Shown here: piece after piece, positions 1 through 13,859 of the stretch
Layout: every line of letters begins with the position of its first letter
Numbering within the stretch: position 1 is the stretch's first letter
Program-made: the position numbers and the translations under genes
Notes under the pieces: model-generated
Told to the model about the DNA's origin: nothing
The model's database searches: none
What the model saw: the letters and a program-made list of their open reading frames with translations, nothing else
Assembly (NCBI GenBank): GCA_951406725.2
Contig: OX597819.1
Coordinates: forward strand, 21,886,001 to 21,950,000
Direction of reading: 5' to 3'
Origin: Octopus vulgaris
Taxonomy: Eukaryota
Length of the DNA: 64,000 nucleotides

Positions 1-194
1 TTCAGCAACTAATTTGGAATTAATTAGTACGGGATTAAGATTTTGGCTGCCTCTTAACTTTTGATTATTTTGTGTAGTTCCAGTGGAATGTTTTCGTTTT
101 GAGATTTTGCCTTAATAATGAAGTAGTTTTATGGATAATGCTATACACTCCTCTGTAAGTTTGGCTGTGTCGTGTAGGGGAAACACATATCTAT

Positions 195-592
195 TTATTC
201 TTTAATTCTTTTATTCGTTCCAGTCATTTGAGTGCGGCCATGCTGGAGCACCGCTTTTAGTCGAACAAATCGACCCCAGGACTTATTCTTTGTAAGCCTA
301 GTACTTATTCTATCGGAATAAGTACTTAGGTTTCCGCTAAGTTACGATGACGTAAACACAACATCGTTGTCAAGCGATACTGAGGGGCAAACACACACAC
401 ACACACACACATGCATATATATATATACGACGGGCTTGTTTCGGTTTCCGCTTACCAAATCCACTAACATAGCTTTGGCCACCCCGAGGCTACAGTAGAA
501 AACACTTGCCCAAGTTGCCATGCATTGGGACTAAATCCGAAATCATGTTTTTGAGAAGCAAGCTTCCTACGACACAGGCAGTCCTCTACCTA
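195..592 (-). mobile_element. tRNA-type SINE, family B (internal microsatellite, tail ...GCTCCAGCATGGCCGCA...GAATAAAAGAA)
   Basis: The reverse complement matches the copies at 21725-22095, 26285-26665, 47016-47415 and 54625-54935. Shared parts are the head AGAAGCTTGCTTC, CTTGGGCAAGT, GTGGATTTGGTA and the tail GCTCCAGCATGGCC. Boundaries are approximate. Confidence 0.75.
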
Positions 593-621
593 TGTATATA
601 TATATAAATATACATATACAA

Positions 622-671
<50 letters not shown>

Positions 672-786
672 TATCATATCAAAAGGGAAATGGAATTTAA
701 TTAAATTTAAAATATTCAATCAAAATTTACATTTCCAGTGGTCTAACGTGCAAAAAAATTAGTCAAGAAGACGATATATTAGTTAT

Positions 787-1289
787 ACGATATAGTGTAT
801 ATTTATACATATAAGGAATCCACACTTAGGGTGAGATTCAACACATTAGATAACCAAAAAATAATAGATAAAATTCGAGAGGAATAAATTTGGAAATGAA
901 AAACAATTACCATTTAATACTACGGACCAAATTGGTTTCTGATCTTCCTTTAGTTGGCGGTTTATAGTAGCCAACGGTAGGACTGCGATTGCGCAGAAAA
1001 ATTTGAAAAGTTACTTCGTATAGACAGTAGACAGGTAGCAGTCCTTGTCTTCTGTCTTATATGTTTTAACCCCAGGTTAGACCTCGCCGAAGAAGATCAG
1101 ACCTTGCGAGTTCCCTCGACTTGCTAAAAGAAGACCAGAAACCAATTTAGTCCAGGGTATTAAATGGTGAATGTTTTTCATTTCCAAATTTATTCCTGTC
1201 GGATTTTATCTATTATTTTTGTGGTTATCTAATGTGTTGAATATCATCCTAAGTGTGGATTCCTTATGTGTATAAATATACACTATATC

Positions 1290-1291
<2 letters not shown>
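787..1291. repeat. Long imperfect inverted repeat (~167-bp arms, 787-953 / 1124-1291)
   Basis: ACGATATAGTGTATATTTATACATATAAGGAATCCACACTTAGG... recurs reverse-complemented as ...CCTAAGTGTGGATTCCTTATGTGTATAAATATACACTATATCGT. The match extends inward to AATTGGTTTCTG/CAGAAACCAATT. Confidence 0.85.
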
Positions 1292-1330
<39 letters not shown>

Positions 1331-1679
1331 ATCCAAACATGAACGCGAGAACGTGGTCCATCAGTTTCGACGATTATGACTCAGTTTCTTTTCATCACCT
1401 TCATTAATTACTTATGGAGTAGCTGAATATTCTGCACAAAACTTTGTCCTTAACCTAATACTTTTCGTTATACTGTGTGCGCTAATTTTGTGACACAATC
1501 TGTCACTATTGCAACTACAATCAGTTTGACGGCCTTATCGCAACATTTCTGAAACACAGTTTGCTCACAAATAGATCCGAGGTGATAGAAAATAACATTT
1601 GCCAAAGATGCTAGCAGTGGGATCGTTGCAGGTATGTCGAGGTTGCGAAGCGAAATCGGTAATTATTCGGCCACGCTCA

Positions 1680-2290
1680 CATACATACATAAATGCATAT
1701 ATATATACATACATACGTATATGCATACAAACATAAATGCTTACATACATACGTTCATACAAATATACATACATACACACATGCATAGTTACATACACAC
1801 ATTCATACATACATATATACATACATTGATGCATGCATATATTCATACATACGTACAAACATGCATACTTACATACATTTATGCAAATATACATTCATAC
1901 AAACACACATACATACATTCATACATACGTACATCCATTCACACATACATACATGCATTCATGCATATATACATTCATTCATACAAATATACATATATAC
2001 ATTCATTAATACATATATATACATTCATACATACATACAAACACACATAGATACATACATTCATACATGCATACAAACATACATACACACACACATACAT
2101 ACACACACATACATACATAATACATACATGCATGCATGCTTGCACTCTTGCATAAATACATACACATTCATACAAACATACATGCATGCATGCTTGCACG
2201 CTTGCATACATACATACATACATACATACATACATACATACATACATACATACATACATACAGATATAGCTATACATGCATGCATACATA
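1680..2290. repeat. Degenerate (CATA)n/(TACA)n microsatellite
   Basis: Seen directly; it is the source of the YIHT/MYVC ORFs. Confidence 0.95.
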
Positions 2291-3241
2291 TAGAAGTTCA
2301 TGCTTTAAGCAAGTCGAGTACTTTTTCGTTTCACTTGCGTTTCGGTTCGAAGTAGAAATGTTTTGTAAAAGTTGTTGAAATGCAAATATAACAATATGGC
2401 GGAACTGTTAGTGAAATTATATTCTGAGGAAACTCTTTAAAATGATTGCTGCCAGGTTTTGATGTTGCAATCCTGATTCCGGCAAAAATGTCGGTAAGAA
2501 TCGCAGAACTATCAGAGAGATAACACGGCTAAGAAGATTACCCTCAAGTCGTTTTCCTATCAAACATCCATTAATATGTCAAAGTGAATCATTTCAGCTG
2601 AGGAATTCCATCTTGCCGCCATTCTTTGATTGGTTGGCACAGATTGAAAATTGCACCAATGTTTGTTAGTTATGTTCAACACCCACCAACTAACTCTTCG
2701 AGAGTGTGCGTGCGTATGTGGGTTAATGCGTATATGTGTGTGAGTGTATATGCATATCTGTGCGTTTATTATTGCTTGTGTGTATGTGGTTTTAAACCTT
2801 ACACTTGCTATTATTGTTAACATTGTTGCTTCTGTTGTTGATGTTGTTTTGTTTTTCTTCCTCTTTTCTGCTTCATTCTGTTGCTTTTACTGGTTTTTAT
2901 TGTTGATGCTATCACTGTTGTTGCTAGCGTGGCTGCTATTTTTGGTGCAACTGTGGATAATTTTTGTTGTGCTATTTCGGGTTTTGTCAGTGATATTATC
3001 ATTGAAACAACTTATTCTAATTTAACCCAAGGCCAAGTCTTAAACGAAATTCATTCCAGCCAAAAGCGTCCCTTCATTATTTTAAAGACAAAGCATATAG
3101 AAGAATTTTGTGTCCTTTCTTTTTCTTTTGTTAAGTGTTTAGTGTGATGTGAGAGAAATTTGGCTGCTATTTCCAGCAGGCTGAACGAATCGTTGGCTCA
3201 TGCTGTTGTAAGGGATTTTCTCGCTTCTGATGCGTAGATGA

Positions 3242-3242
<1 letters not shown>

Positions 3243-3330
<88 letters not shown>
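3243..3330. repeat. (GATA)n microsatellite
   Basis: Pure TAGA run with no GGCA variant units. Confidence 0.95.
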
Positions 3331-3823
3331 CAGAAGGGAAAGAGATAATGGGAGGAAGAGAGAGTGAGAGAGACTGTGATGCCTACATACGTATATATTT
3401 TAAAGAATGTAGTTATATAAAGCTGGAACAAAACGAGAACGTAGAAAGTAAAGTACAAAGGAAAAGACAAAACAACGTTGCAGATTTACGTTTTGTTTCT
3501 ATATTTTGGGGTGAAGACCCCCCCTCCTCCTTCAGGACATTCGGAAAAGCAATAGCTGGAAAAGGTTGTTGCTCAGGTGTTTAGGGGAGTGCAGGGGATG
3601 AAGGAAGAAGCTGACATGCGTGGACTGCTGTTACTATAGCAGCCAGTCTCCTCCGTGTAGTTCCTTCCTGTTGTGAATGGCTGGTCTCAGTTTGTTTATA
3701 AAACGGGCTTCCATAATCCTGAGATTACTCCAGTTGCGTTGGGTTGATTTCATGAACAATGGAAGCCCATCTTATAAACAAAATGTTGTGTCCAGTGGAT
3801 TTAGCTAACTACCCAGTCGTGTC

Positions 3824-3868
<45 letters not shown>

Positions 3869-4765
3869 GTTTATATATTAGTTGTGCAAGATTTTTTATG
3901 TGAAGTCGTGTGTTGAAACAGATATTGTTGTATTTCAGAATGGCCATTTTGCCAGTTTAGCCAATAAAAGCACACGCATTATATATTTGATGTTATTTTG
4001 CTTCTGTGTGTTTTATTTTTTACATTAATCTTAATCTTATATATACTCAGATTTGTCAAGAACTGAACAACCAGTGACGATGTGGTCAACTGACACATCG
4101 TGCTGGTTACACATTCTATATTTCGTGTTAGTGTCTTTATACGTTATTTTGCTTCCATAAGTGTTCGTAGCGAGGCATTGGACTTGTGCAGTGAGAATCA
4201 GTCCTTCCGATTCAGCTTTTAGTCCAGAGCTTTTGAGGCATTATTGACTTTTACACAGGCTCACATCTCTGTTAAGCCTTGCAGGGTACTGGCCATGGAG
4301 AGATTTTCTCTATTTCTTCTTTACTATGTTTTGTACTTCTGTTTTCATGTTGCTTATTGTCTCTTTGACCATGGCCATGCAGGTAGGGCCCAGTTAGAAT
4401 TTTCTTCTGTTCGAATAACCCATCCTGCTCAAAAAGTCCCTGATTAAGGATTGTTTAAGGATGTTGAACGAAACACCCATGTTTCCAGAGGTGAATTATT
4501 CAAACCCCAAAGAATCCCTCTCAACACATGGCTATGATGCTACCCCATTACTCCTGCTCGTGATCAGAGATGCACATATCGTTAGCCATTAAGGGAAATG
4601 TTCAACCGATTAAGGTCAAACAACTAACAAACAAATCTGTGGTATTGAGCAGAATATTTGCTGCAGCCCATCTTTTATACCAAGACAAAGCAATGTACAT
4701 GATGACACTTCCAATCAGTTAAAATCCGCAGCCACGAGAACCACTGCCCGGTACTGCATCAGGGC

Positions 4766-4834
<69 letters not shown>

Positions 4835-5302
4835 TGATATCACTGATATCACTGATATTATTGCTTTTATGTGTAGTAGCAGCTGTGGTTGCAGCACAAC
4901 AGCAGTTGCCTGGGTGGGAGTAGTTGTAAGGGTGGTAGCTGGGCCTCAGATACCTGTGCTATCATAATAGTAGTAGTTGTAGTGTTAATTTAGTGTTAGT
5001 AGTATTTAGTATTAGCAACTGCAGCATATTATTATTATCACCACCACCACCACCATTGTTTTAGGGAAAAGTTGTGTAGCAATTTGATGAATACATCATA
5101 TATTCTACAGGTCTATAAATAGATTCGGCAGATGGTGGCGAGGTCAGCCATAGAGACAAAGAACTCTTCGCACCCTTCAGGTCAGCAGAGGTCAAGTGTG
5201 TTTACTTCTACCAGTGGTTACTGAGAGCGCTGCCTTGAAAAGAAGCAATTCAACCTGTTAGAAAAAAAACAATAATAATAATACACACACACACGTGCAA
5301 AT

Positions 5303-5336
<34 letters not shown>

Positions 5337-5404
5337 TCTGATATTCACGTCGTCGAATTTTTGAATTTCTGAATTCAATTGTGTTGTCGCAATAAAAGGT
5401 GTGT

Positions 5405-6128
5405 TTACGTATTTGGGTAGTATTTTAAAGTTTTCTTGAGATGTTCGTTTCTCTGTCCAGGTAAGCCTGATATCATTTTCAAATAGGTTTCAGTACCTTT
5501 TTTATCATTCCTAGAGATCCTACAATCACTTGTACTGTAGTCGCCTTGAGATGCCACATTTTTTTCAATTTCTATAAGCAAGTCTTTATATTTACTGATT
5601 TCGTCAAATCCTTTCGCCGCTATATTGTGATCGCAAGGAATACTCACGTCAGTTAATAAACACACCTTTTTTGTCTGATCTTTTATAATAATATCCGGTT
5701 GATTAGCTTTTATAGATTTGTCGGTATGTACGGATAAGTCCCATAGAATCGACACATTTTCTCCCTCAGTCACAGCTTCAGAATGGTATTTATTCCATTT
5801 GTCAGCGGTTTTGATTTTATAATGCCGGCATATTGTCTAGTGTAAATACTGGCCGACTCTGTCATGTCTTGCTTTATATTCTACAGGTACGAAGACTTTA
5901 CACAATGAGATTAGGTGGTCAATAGTTTCAATCACATCTTTACATAATCGGCATTTGTGTCAGCTCCATTTTTTTATCACATTGGCTTGGTAGTTTCGGG
6001 TTAATAAGCTTTGGTCTTGAGCAGCTAATATGAAACCTTCACTCTCTGCTTTTAGCCCTGAGCTTCGTAAACATTGATCCGAATTTTTCTGATCAACATC
6101 AGCTTGTTTGCTACGGGCCAAATTATTA

Positions 6129-6211
<83 letters not shown>

Positions 6212-6290
6212 TTGTCGGTATGTATGGGGAAAGTCCCAGAGAACCGACACATTTTCTCCCTCAGTCACAGCTTCATTTTCCAATTGAATT
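5405..6290 (-). pseudogene. Decayed RLE-type (R4/Dong-like) LINE C-terminus, interrupted by (ATT)n at ~6122-6210
   Basis: LKAESEGFILAAQDQSLLTRNY, CRLC..ETIDHL..C (CCHC), RHD, ILWDLSVHTDKSIKANQPDIIIKD...LLTDVSIP (PD-D nuclease). It carries stops and frameshifts. The LWDFPIHTDK segment appears again beyond the (ATT)n. Confidence 0.85.
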
Positions 6291-6339
6291 GCATTTTATT
6301 TCATCTTCTGATCTGGTCTCAGCCAGAAACCTAAGGCGC

Positions 6340-7225
6340 GTATATATTAGATGGATAGAAACTTCTTGAGAATGTGGGCATTTGATGTCAGAACAATTCT
6401 TTGAGTCTCATAGATTGTTGGGTTACAGGGATTCGGTCAACAAATTATTCAGTACCTTTCTTGATCATTCTCAGGGCACCTACAACAACAGGGATGGTCT
6501 TCGTTTTTAATTGTCACGTCCTAGATGTCTCAGTCTCAAGGTCCTCTTATTTCGACAGTTTTTCAAATTCCTTTGCTGAGATGTTCCAATCTGTAGGCAC
6601 TGTCATATCAATAAACAAGCTTGTTTTTCTTTTTTTAAGGTATTTGATGGCGATGTCTGGTCTTTTACATTTATTTGCCTGTATGTTTCCCACAATCCCA
6701 TAGGATGGTAACATTCTCTCGTTTAGTGACTGGCTCTAGCTGGTGTTCATGTCAGTTCTTAGGGTACAGGATATCATAGTGACGGCATACACCCCAGGGC
6801 AAGGACTGGCCGACTCAATCATTCTTGGTTTTATATTCTATCGGAGCAAGGACTGAGTAACCGGCAACAATGTGGTCAATACACTCAAGTTTGTCATTAC
6901 AGAGTCTACATTGTGTGCCTAACTGATTGTGCGTAACTTTAGCTTCATAGTTCCCAGTGAGGGGTCACTGATCTTGTGCCGCTCTTTCGGTTTCAAGCCA
7001 ATATTTTGCAGCCACTGATGGGTCCTTCTCATATTTCTATTAGCACTCCCAACCCGTTTTGGTTATTTGGCCATGCAATGGCCACTCTTGGCACAGTCTT
7101 AATATTTCCTTCAAACTTTCTTCTTTGGCTTTTGTCCTCATTGTCATCATCACAATCAGGCAAGTTAAGCTCTCGTCTGAATTAATATGCTCCCTCTGAA
7201 ATTGAATGCAGTTCCTTATACTGTT
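6340..7225 (-). pseudogene. Second decayed RLE-type LINE fragment
   Basis: Minus-strand remnants CRLCND..ECIDHIVAG, RPDIAIK..LFIDMTVP and VVGALRMIKKGTE parallel the 5405-6290 fragment. Confidence 0.7.
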
Positions 7226-7351
7226 CATGTTGCCTTAGTAGATGAATGAATCGTCCAGTCAAGGTCACGTTGGATGTACATTTGGGTTTCTATCGTGGTA
7301 GTTTTATAGCGCCAGATACGTGTATATTCACATACAGGTGCGTGTATGTAA

Positions 7352-7389
<38 letters not shown>

Positions 7390-7572
7390 GCGTGTGTGTA
7401 TAGTGTGAGCATGTGGGGGTATACATTGCATGTTTATATTCATACATGCGAATTTACATTTAAGTGCATGCATGTTTTGCATTTCTACATATATGCACAT
7501 CCATGTATATCCAAATATATGTAATTATATATATATATATAAATATATACATACATATATATACATATATAC

Positions 7573-7603
<31 letters not shown>

Positions 7604-7701
7604 CACGTATAGTAATATAATATATATTATATATATGTATGAAAGTACGTGCATATCCATATATATGCATTGTGTGTGTGTGTATATGCGTTTGTATGTG
7701 T

Positions 7702-7905
7702 GCGACGTGGCAGAAACGTTAGCACGCCGAGCGAAATGCTTAGAGATATTTCGTCTGTCTTTACGTTCTAAGTTCAAATTCCGGCGAGGTCGACTTTGTC
7801 CTTCATCATTTCGGGCTCGATAAATTAGGTATCAGTTGCATACTGTGGTCGATCCAATCGATTGCCTACCTCCAAAGTGTCAGGCCTAGTACCTAGAGTA
7901 GAAGA
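7702..7905 (+). mobile_element. tRNA-type SINE, family A with type-2 tail
   Basis: TGGCAGAAACGTTAG (A box), GTTCAAATTCC (B box), core GGTCGACTTTG.C.TTCATC, tail GGCCTAGTACCTAGAGTAGAA. Confidence 0.8.
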
Positions 7906-7922
7906 TAATATATATATATATG

Positions 7923-7954
<32 letters not shown>

Positions 7955-8069
7955 TGTATGTATGTATGTATTTATGTTGTATGAATGTATGTATATATAT
8001 ATATATATATATATATACATGAAAATATAAATATTAAAATAGCATAAATATCCAGCAAGAATATAGCAC

Positions 8070-8160
<91 letters not shown>

Positions 8161-8484
8161 ATGTATATGAATATAAACGTACACACATAGATACATACAT
8201 GCATGTACATAAATACATACACACACGAATATTTTATTTATTGTATTTCTTTATATATTTCATATATGTTGAGTTGAATTTAAAAGAGAAATCATGTTAA
8301 TGAATTTCCCATAATTCCCTGCTGTTTCTTTCTCGCAATGTCGATATCAAGTGACGTACGTTGCAATTGATTTCCGCCGATATTCTTCACGTTACCACTT
8401 ATACACCTACATACACGCTTACTCTCGCATCAAATCTTGTCCTACACGTTTCTGCTGCAACCACAGGCCACAGTACAGCTACAC

Positions 8485-8900
<416 letters not shown>

Positions 8901-9008
8901 GTATGTATATATATCCGTATACATACATAAACCGTCATTAGTTCAATATTAAAATAGCCATAACATCCCTTTCTTTTTTCCCCTCTTTTACTTTCTCTCT
9001 CTCTCTCT

Positions 9009-9107
<99 letters not shown>

Positions 9108-9574
9108 TATATTTCTCTCTTTAGTTCGCATTGTAGTCAATCCCTTCAATTCGATGTTATAATTATCGCTATCTTCATTATCCACATTGTTCTTGCTCGT
9201 GTTGTTGTTGTCGTCACCGTGTTTATCATCATCACCATCGTCTTCATCTTCATTCACCACCACTAAAGCCACCACAACCACCACTACCATCATCATCATC
9301 GTTGTCATCGTTATTCAACGTCACCACCTCCATCATCCTTGCCATCATTATATAACGGCATCATGGTATATCCGTCGTCCCTACCACCTTCGCCACATTC
9401 GTCCACATCATAGTCATCACTATTACAATCGAAATAATCATCGCTACCATCACCACGACAACCATCACCACCAACACCATTACATGCCACAACCACTACA
9501 ACTAACACCACTTCACCATCAGCATCACCTCTAACAGCAACACCACCTGCACAATCACGACCACATCTACAACC

Positions 9575-10172
9575 ATCATCATCATCAGCAGCAGCAGCAG
9601 CATCATGATCATGATCATCATCATCATCATCCTCATCCTCATCATCATCATTATCATCATCATCATCATCATCATTATCATCATCGTCATCGTCATCACC
9701 ATCGTTATCCTCCTCCTCCTCCTCCTCATCATCATCATCATCATCATCAATATCAACATAAACATCATCAGCATATTCATCTCCACCAACGGCTCCATCA
9801 TAATCTTCATTACCATAATTATCATCTTCATCATTGTTATTTTCACTGTCATCTCCGACATCAGATTTATTTTCAAAATTTATTACTGTTTTTTTATCAG
9901 CATCATCATCAGCATCAGCATCCACAATATCAACCTTTTCATCACTATCATCATTGGCTTCATCAACAGCCGCATCTCTTATTATTATCATATTTGTTGT
10001 TACAATTATCATGATTATAAACTTTTTATTTTTCTTATTGTTGTTGTTAATCTTATTGTTTTTATTAATAATTTTATTATTATACGTAAAATTCATCATA
10101 AATTATGAAAGTTTTTAGTAATGTTTTCATTATCTCACCATCATCCTCATGATAATAATAATAATAATAATG

Positions 10173-10246
<74 letters not shown>
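9575..10246. repeat. (CAT)n-rich low-complexity tract ending in (AAT)n
   Basis: Seen directly; it is the source of the poly-D, poly-M and poly-I ORFs. Confidence 0.9.
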
Positions 10247-10248
<2 letters not shown>

Positions 10249-10915
10249 ATAAATTTAAAAACCAGAACAAAGACAAGAAATGATCTCACTGGCAAGAGGA
10301 GAATTTGCATGGTAGATTACCAAAGATAATTGCAGCAAATAGTAGAAGCGAGACATGGGTATGTTTCCAGAAAGAAAGGCTTAACTGGGAGACAGAAAGT
10401 TTGGTAATAGCAGCACAGGATCAAGCATTAAAGACTAATTAGATAAAAGCCAAGATAGACAAAACTAAGCAGATTCCCAGTGTAGATTATGCAAGTTCGA
10501 AACAGGAATGCGTTACTCATATAGTAAGTGAATGTAGTATGCTGGCACAAAAATAATACAAGAAAAGACATGACAACCTAGAGGGAGTAATCCAATGGGA
10601 GCTATGTAGACAACTAGGATTTGACCATACAGATAAATGGTATGAACATAAACATAGTAAAGTATTAGAAAGTAAGAAATCCAAGATGTTGAGGAACTTT
10701 AACATTCAGAACGACAGAGCAACAGAAGCTCGAATGCCTGATTTAGCAGACAATAAATAGTCGTGAGACCCTGAATTTGTAGTAGATAAATTGTCATAAC
10801 ACCCAGTCTAGTACAACACCAGAAAACGATGTTATTAGAGAGAGTTTGGATATGTAGCAAAGTTTTTAGCATCTAAGGTTGCTTGCTGTAGCCCTTTGTT
10901 ATGAATCTGTTGTTC
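10247..10915 (+). pseudogene. Decayed RLE-type (R4/Dong-like) LINE 3' fragment between (AAT)n arrays
   Basis: ETESLVIAAQDQALKTN, CRLCKFE.ECVTHIVSEC, KRHDN, DKWYEH, NFNIQND and RMPD. (AAT)n lies at 10150-10246 and 10917-10957. Confidence 0.8.
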
Positions 10916-11169
10916 GTATAATAATAATAATAATAATTATACTAATAATAATAATAAGAAGAAGAAGATGAAGAAGAAGAAGAAGAAGACGAAGAAGAAG
11001 AAGACGAAGAAGAAGAAGACGAAGAAGAAGAACAACAGCAACAACAACAACAAACAGAGAGATTTCTAATTAAATTCCAAATACAATAAATTTCAGAATT
11101 AGAATTACTGGAGACGAACACAGAAAAAGCTAAGCGTATGAAAACCCGTGCTAAAACTGTTTTTTTTTT

Positions 11170-11690
11170 ATTTCGATATTCTTACTGATAAATAGCAAAA
11201 GAACACCTCTCAATGGTAAATACCAAGCAGAGCTGATAGTGCCGATGTTTACAAAGCCCTTATCCATCAAGGGTTAGTGTCTCTGGCTTAAAATCAGAAA
11301 CAGAAGCGTTTATCATAGCAGCAGGAGATCAATGCCTACCTACAAAGAACTACCTGGCCAACATATTAAAGAACGGCAATGGCCCACATGACGTGTATGT
11401 AAGCAACAAAATGAACCCATTGATCATGTTGTCTCCATTTGCAGTATTCTTCCGCCTACAGAGTATCACAACAGGCATGATAGAGCTGCACAATATATTT
11501 ACTGGATAATTTTGCAAAAGCTTGGACCTGCCCCATAATAAAAACTGGTGGGAACACAAACCATCTGCACTGCTTGAAAATGATTACATCTCAACCCTGT
11601 GAAACTTCACCATTCAAACTGACGGAAAGACAGGTGCTAATAGGCCAGACAGACTTCAGACAATAATCATGTCTCCACATTGATATGACT
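11170..11690 (+). pseudogene. Decayed RLE-type LINE fragment
   Basis: SGLKSETEAFIIAAGDQCLPTKNY, NRHDR, NWWEHKP, NFTIQTD, ANRPD and CLHIDMT. It is fused at ~11683-11692 to the opposite-strand Tx1 fossil. Confidence 0.8.
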
Positions 11691-13140
11691 GCTACCCTCC
11701 ACCCACTCTCGACAGACCACTTGATGAGAATATCTCATAGTCATCGAAAATGGTCGCTAGTTCTTGCACATTAGAAATCTTTGTCTCGCTAATTGGAACC
11801 ACATCTAAATTGAGTGACATGAAGTCCTTGACAAGTGACCTTGATTCCAAGCTGACCCCATGTCATGTACATCCACACAATCCACTCTGAAAACGAGCAC
11901 GTTTATCGGAGAAACATATGGAAGAAGGTGACTTACCTTGGATTTTGGTGCGGTTCGGTTGATTCAGTCGCCTCGTCTGGAGTATTATCATTGATGAAGG
12001 CCCTTCCCAAAGTCCTTTTGCCCGGCTTTAGCCTAAAGAGCCCAATGTCTTTTGGTTATTGTTTATGGTCTAGTTATGTGCTTGTGTCAGTTTTTATAAG
12101 TTGTCATGGGGAATTTTCAACAGAAGTTCGGTGAACCCTGCTCCTTTTGTATGAATATTCGTGTTGTTCACTACTTCCCGTATCAGCTCGCTGTTGCTTT
12201 TGCAAACGACTGTGAAGTTGATGAGGCTTTTGGCTACTGTGGTCACTTGTAAGGGTTGTTCTTGTGATTGTTGTTTCTCTTCGTGTATTTGTTTCGGTTT
12301 TGGTAGTTGAATGAATGTGCATTGCTTTTGTCGTTGGGATTTGGGTGAGTGTGTCGGTGTGGTTAGTGTAGCTGATGGATTAGGTGGAGTTTCCTCGTCC
12401 TATCTTTTCATTTTCAGTTTAGGATGGCCTATTTTTAAAACTATTTTTCCACTTTTCCCCAACACAAGACCTTCTGGGCGGATTCAATTCCTCCTCGTCA
12501 AATGATAAGGCTCCTGAATTGCCAGAGTCGTGAGTACATGGCGCATGAGTTGCCCGCGTGTAGAGATGGTCGGGCGTTTCTTATTTCCAGCGCTACAGTT
12601 GTTGGTGTCGCTGTTGTGATGAGATTCCTCCGTTGAAGACGGTGCTTTAATAGCTGTTGCTGCAAAGATTGTTGTTGCAGCTATTGGCCTTCTTGTGGTG
12701 GAGGCAGTGGTAGCAGAGCCGCCGTTCCTCTAGCTCCATTTTGTTGTTGTGGGTAGAAGCCCATCAAATGTGTTAGACCCACAAGTGAGGCACTTCGGCT
12801 TTCTGCCTTCCACCACGACCTAAAGTTATGATCGTTAGGCAGCTCGATAAAGTCAGGGAGCTTGTGCAGGGATTCCGGGTTTACCTGGATCAAACTCTCC
12901 AACCCGATCCCGGTCCATTCTTCTTTCGATATTTTCTTAATTTCTAGAAACAAATCTGGGCCTTCGACCTCGCCGCACGCAACCAACCACCAAATGATGA
13001 AGAAGAAGAAGAAGAAGAAGAAGAAGAAGAAGAAGAAGAAGAAGAAGAAGAAGAAGAAGAAGAAGAAGAAGAAGAAGAAGAAGAAGAAGAAGAAGAAGAA
13101 GAGTGACGCGAACACGAGTAGAAGGTGATGATGAGTAGAA
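11683..13140 (-). pseudogene. Decayed Tx1-clade LINE: ORF1 C-terminal half, spacer and N-terminus of the ORF2 APE domain
   Basis: ESLHKLPDFIELPND/VVVEGRKPKCLTCGS resembles the intact ORF1 IESLPDKIYLENG..VMAEGKKPRCYKCGS. FRVDCVDVHDMGSAWNQGHL..SLNLDVVPISETKIS..VGG resembles the intact ORF2 LKLGCVNARGLASAWKQGYL..SLDVDIVAISETRLS..GGG. It has frameshifts and an (AAG)n at 12999-13102. Confidence 0.85.
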
Positions 13141-13501
13141 GTATGAGAAAGATAATGAGGATTTTTGTTGTTTTTTTTGGCAAAACCTCATCAAAATGTG
13201 ACATGTGACAATTGCTTTTTTTTTTCTCTTCCTTTTTTGGTCTTACTGCTTCCTTTGTTCTAAAGTTGCTGCCACCTTTCAAAATTAAACGATTTTTCAG
13301 GTAAATTACTTGAAACCTTGTGCTGATGTCCATTTTAAGGATACTTTTAGAAAACGAAGGATTATTTCTCCTTATTTCCCTTCTTCTCCATTTCAGTTCT
13401 ACTCTTATTTCTACAATTGCGACAACTACAACATTTACTAATAATACTACTACTTCAACTACAACAACAACAACAACAACTACTACTACTACTACTACTA
13501 T

Positions 13502-13560
<59 letters not shown>

Positions 13561-13859
13561 CAACTCTACTACTACTACTACTACAATTATGTCTCCATCT
13601 ATTTCTGGTTGTTTTCTTTTTTTTTTTCATTTTCTCTCCAACGAATAAAGTAGAAAGAATTGTTTCTTCTCTGTCTGTCACTTTCTGATAAAATGAAAAC
13701 TACATCACAATCCTAGGATTTCAGTCAAATAAACACCATTTTGGAGTTATTTTGTGAAGAAGCACTTGATGTGATGTTTTTTTCGTTTCTGTAGAGAATG
13801 AAAAGTGCAGTCGAAGAAGAAATAATGCAACGAAGATGCTGTTTCAGTGAGGATTAAAA

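Noticed and set aside
1565-2378. Overlapping YIHT/MYVC ORFs, and all similar YI, CV, LSIY, poly-L and poly-I ORFs in the window
   Set aside because: They are translations of microsatellites that lack stop codons in several frames, with no domain content.
9311-10099. 262-aa acidic Asp-rich ORF
   Set aside because: It derives from (CAT)n/(ATC)n low complexity, is open on both strands, and has no splice or domain support.
13796-13850. Possible short exon after TTTTTTCGTTTCTGTAG
   Set aside because: The donor is weak, there is no recognisable peptide or partner exon, and it abuts a LINE tail.
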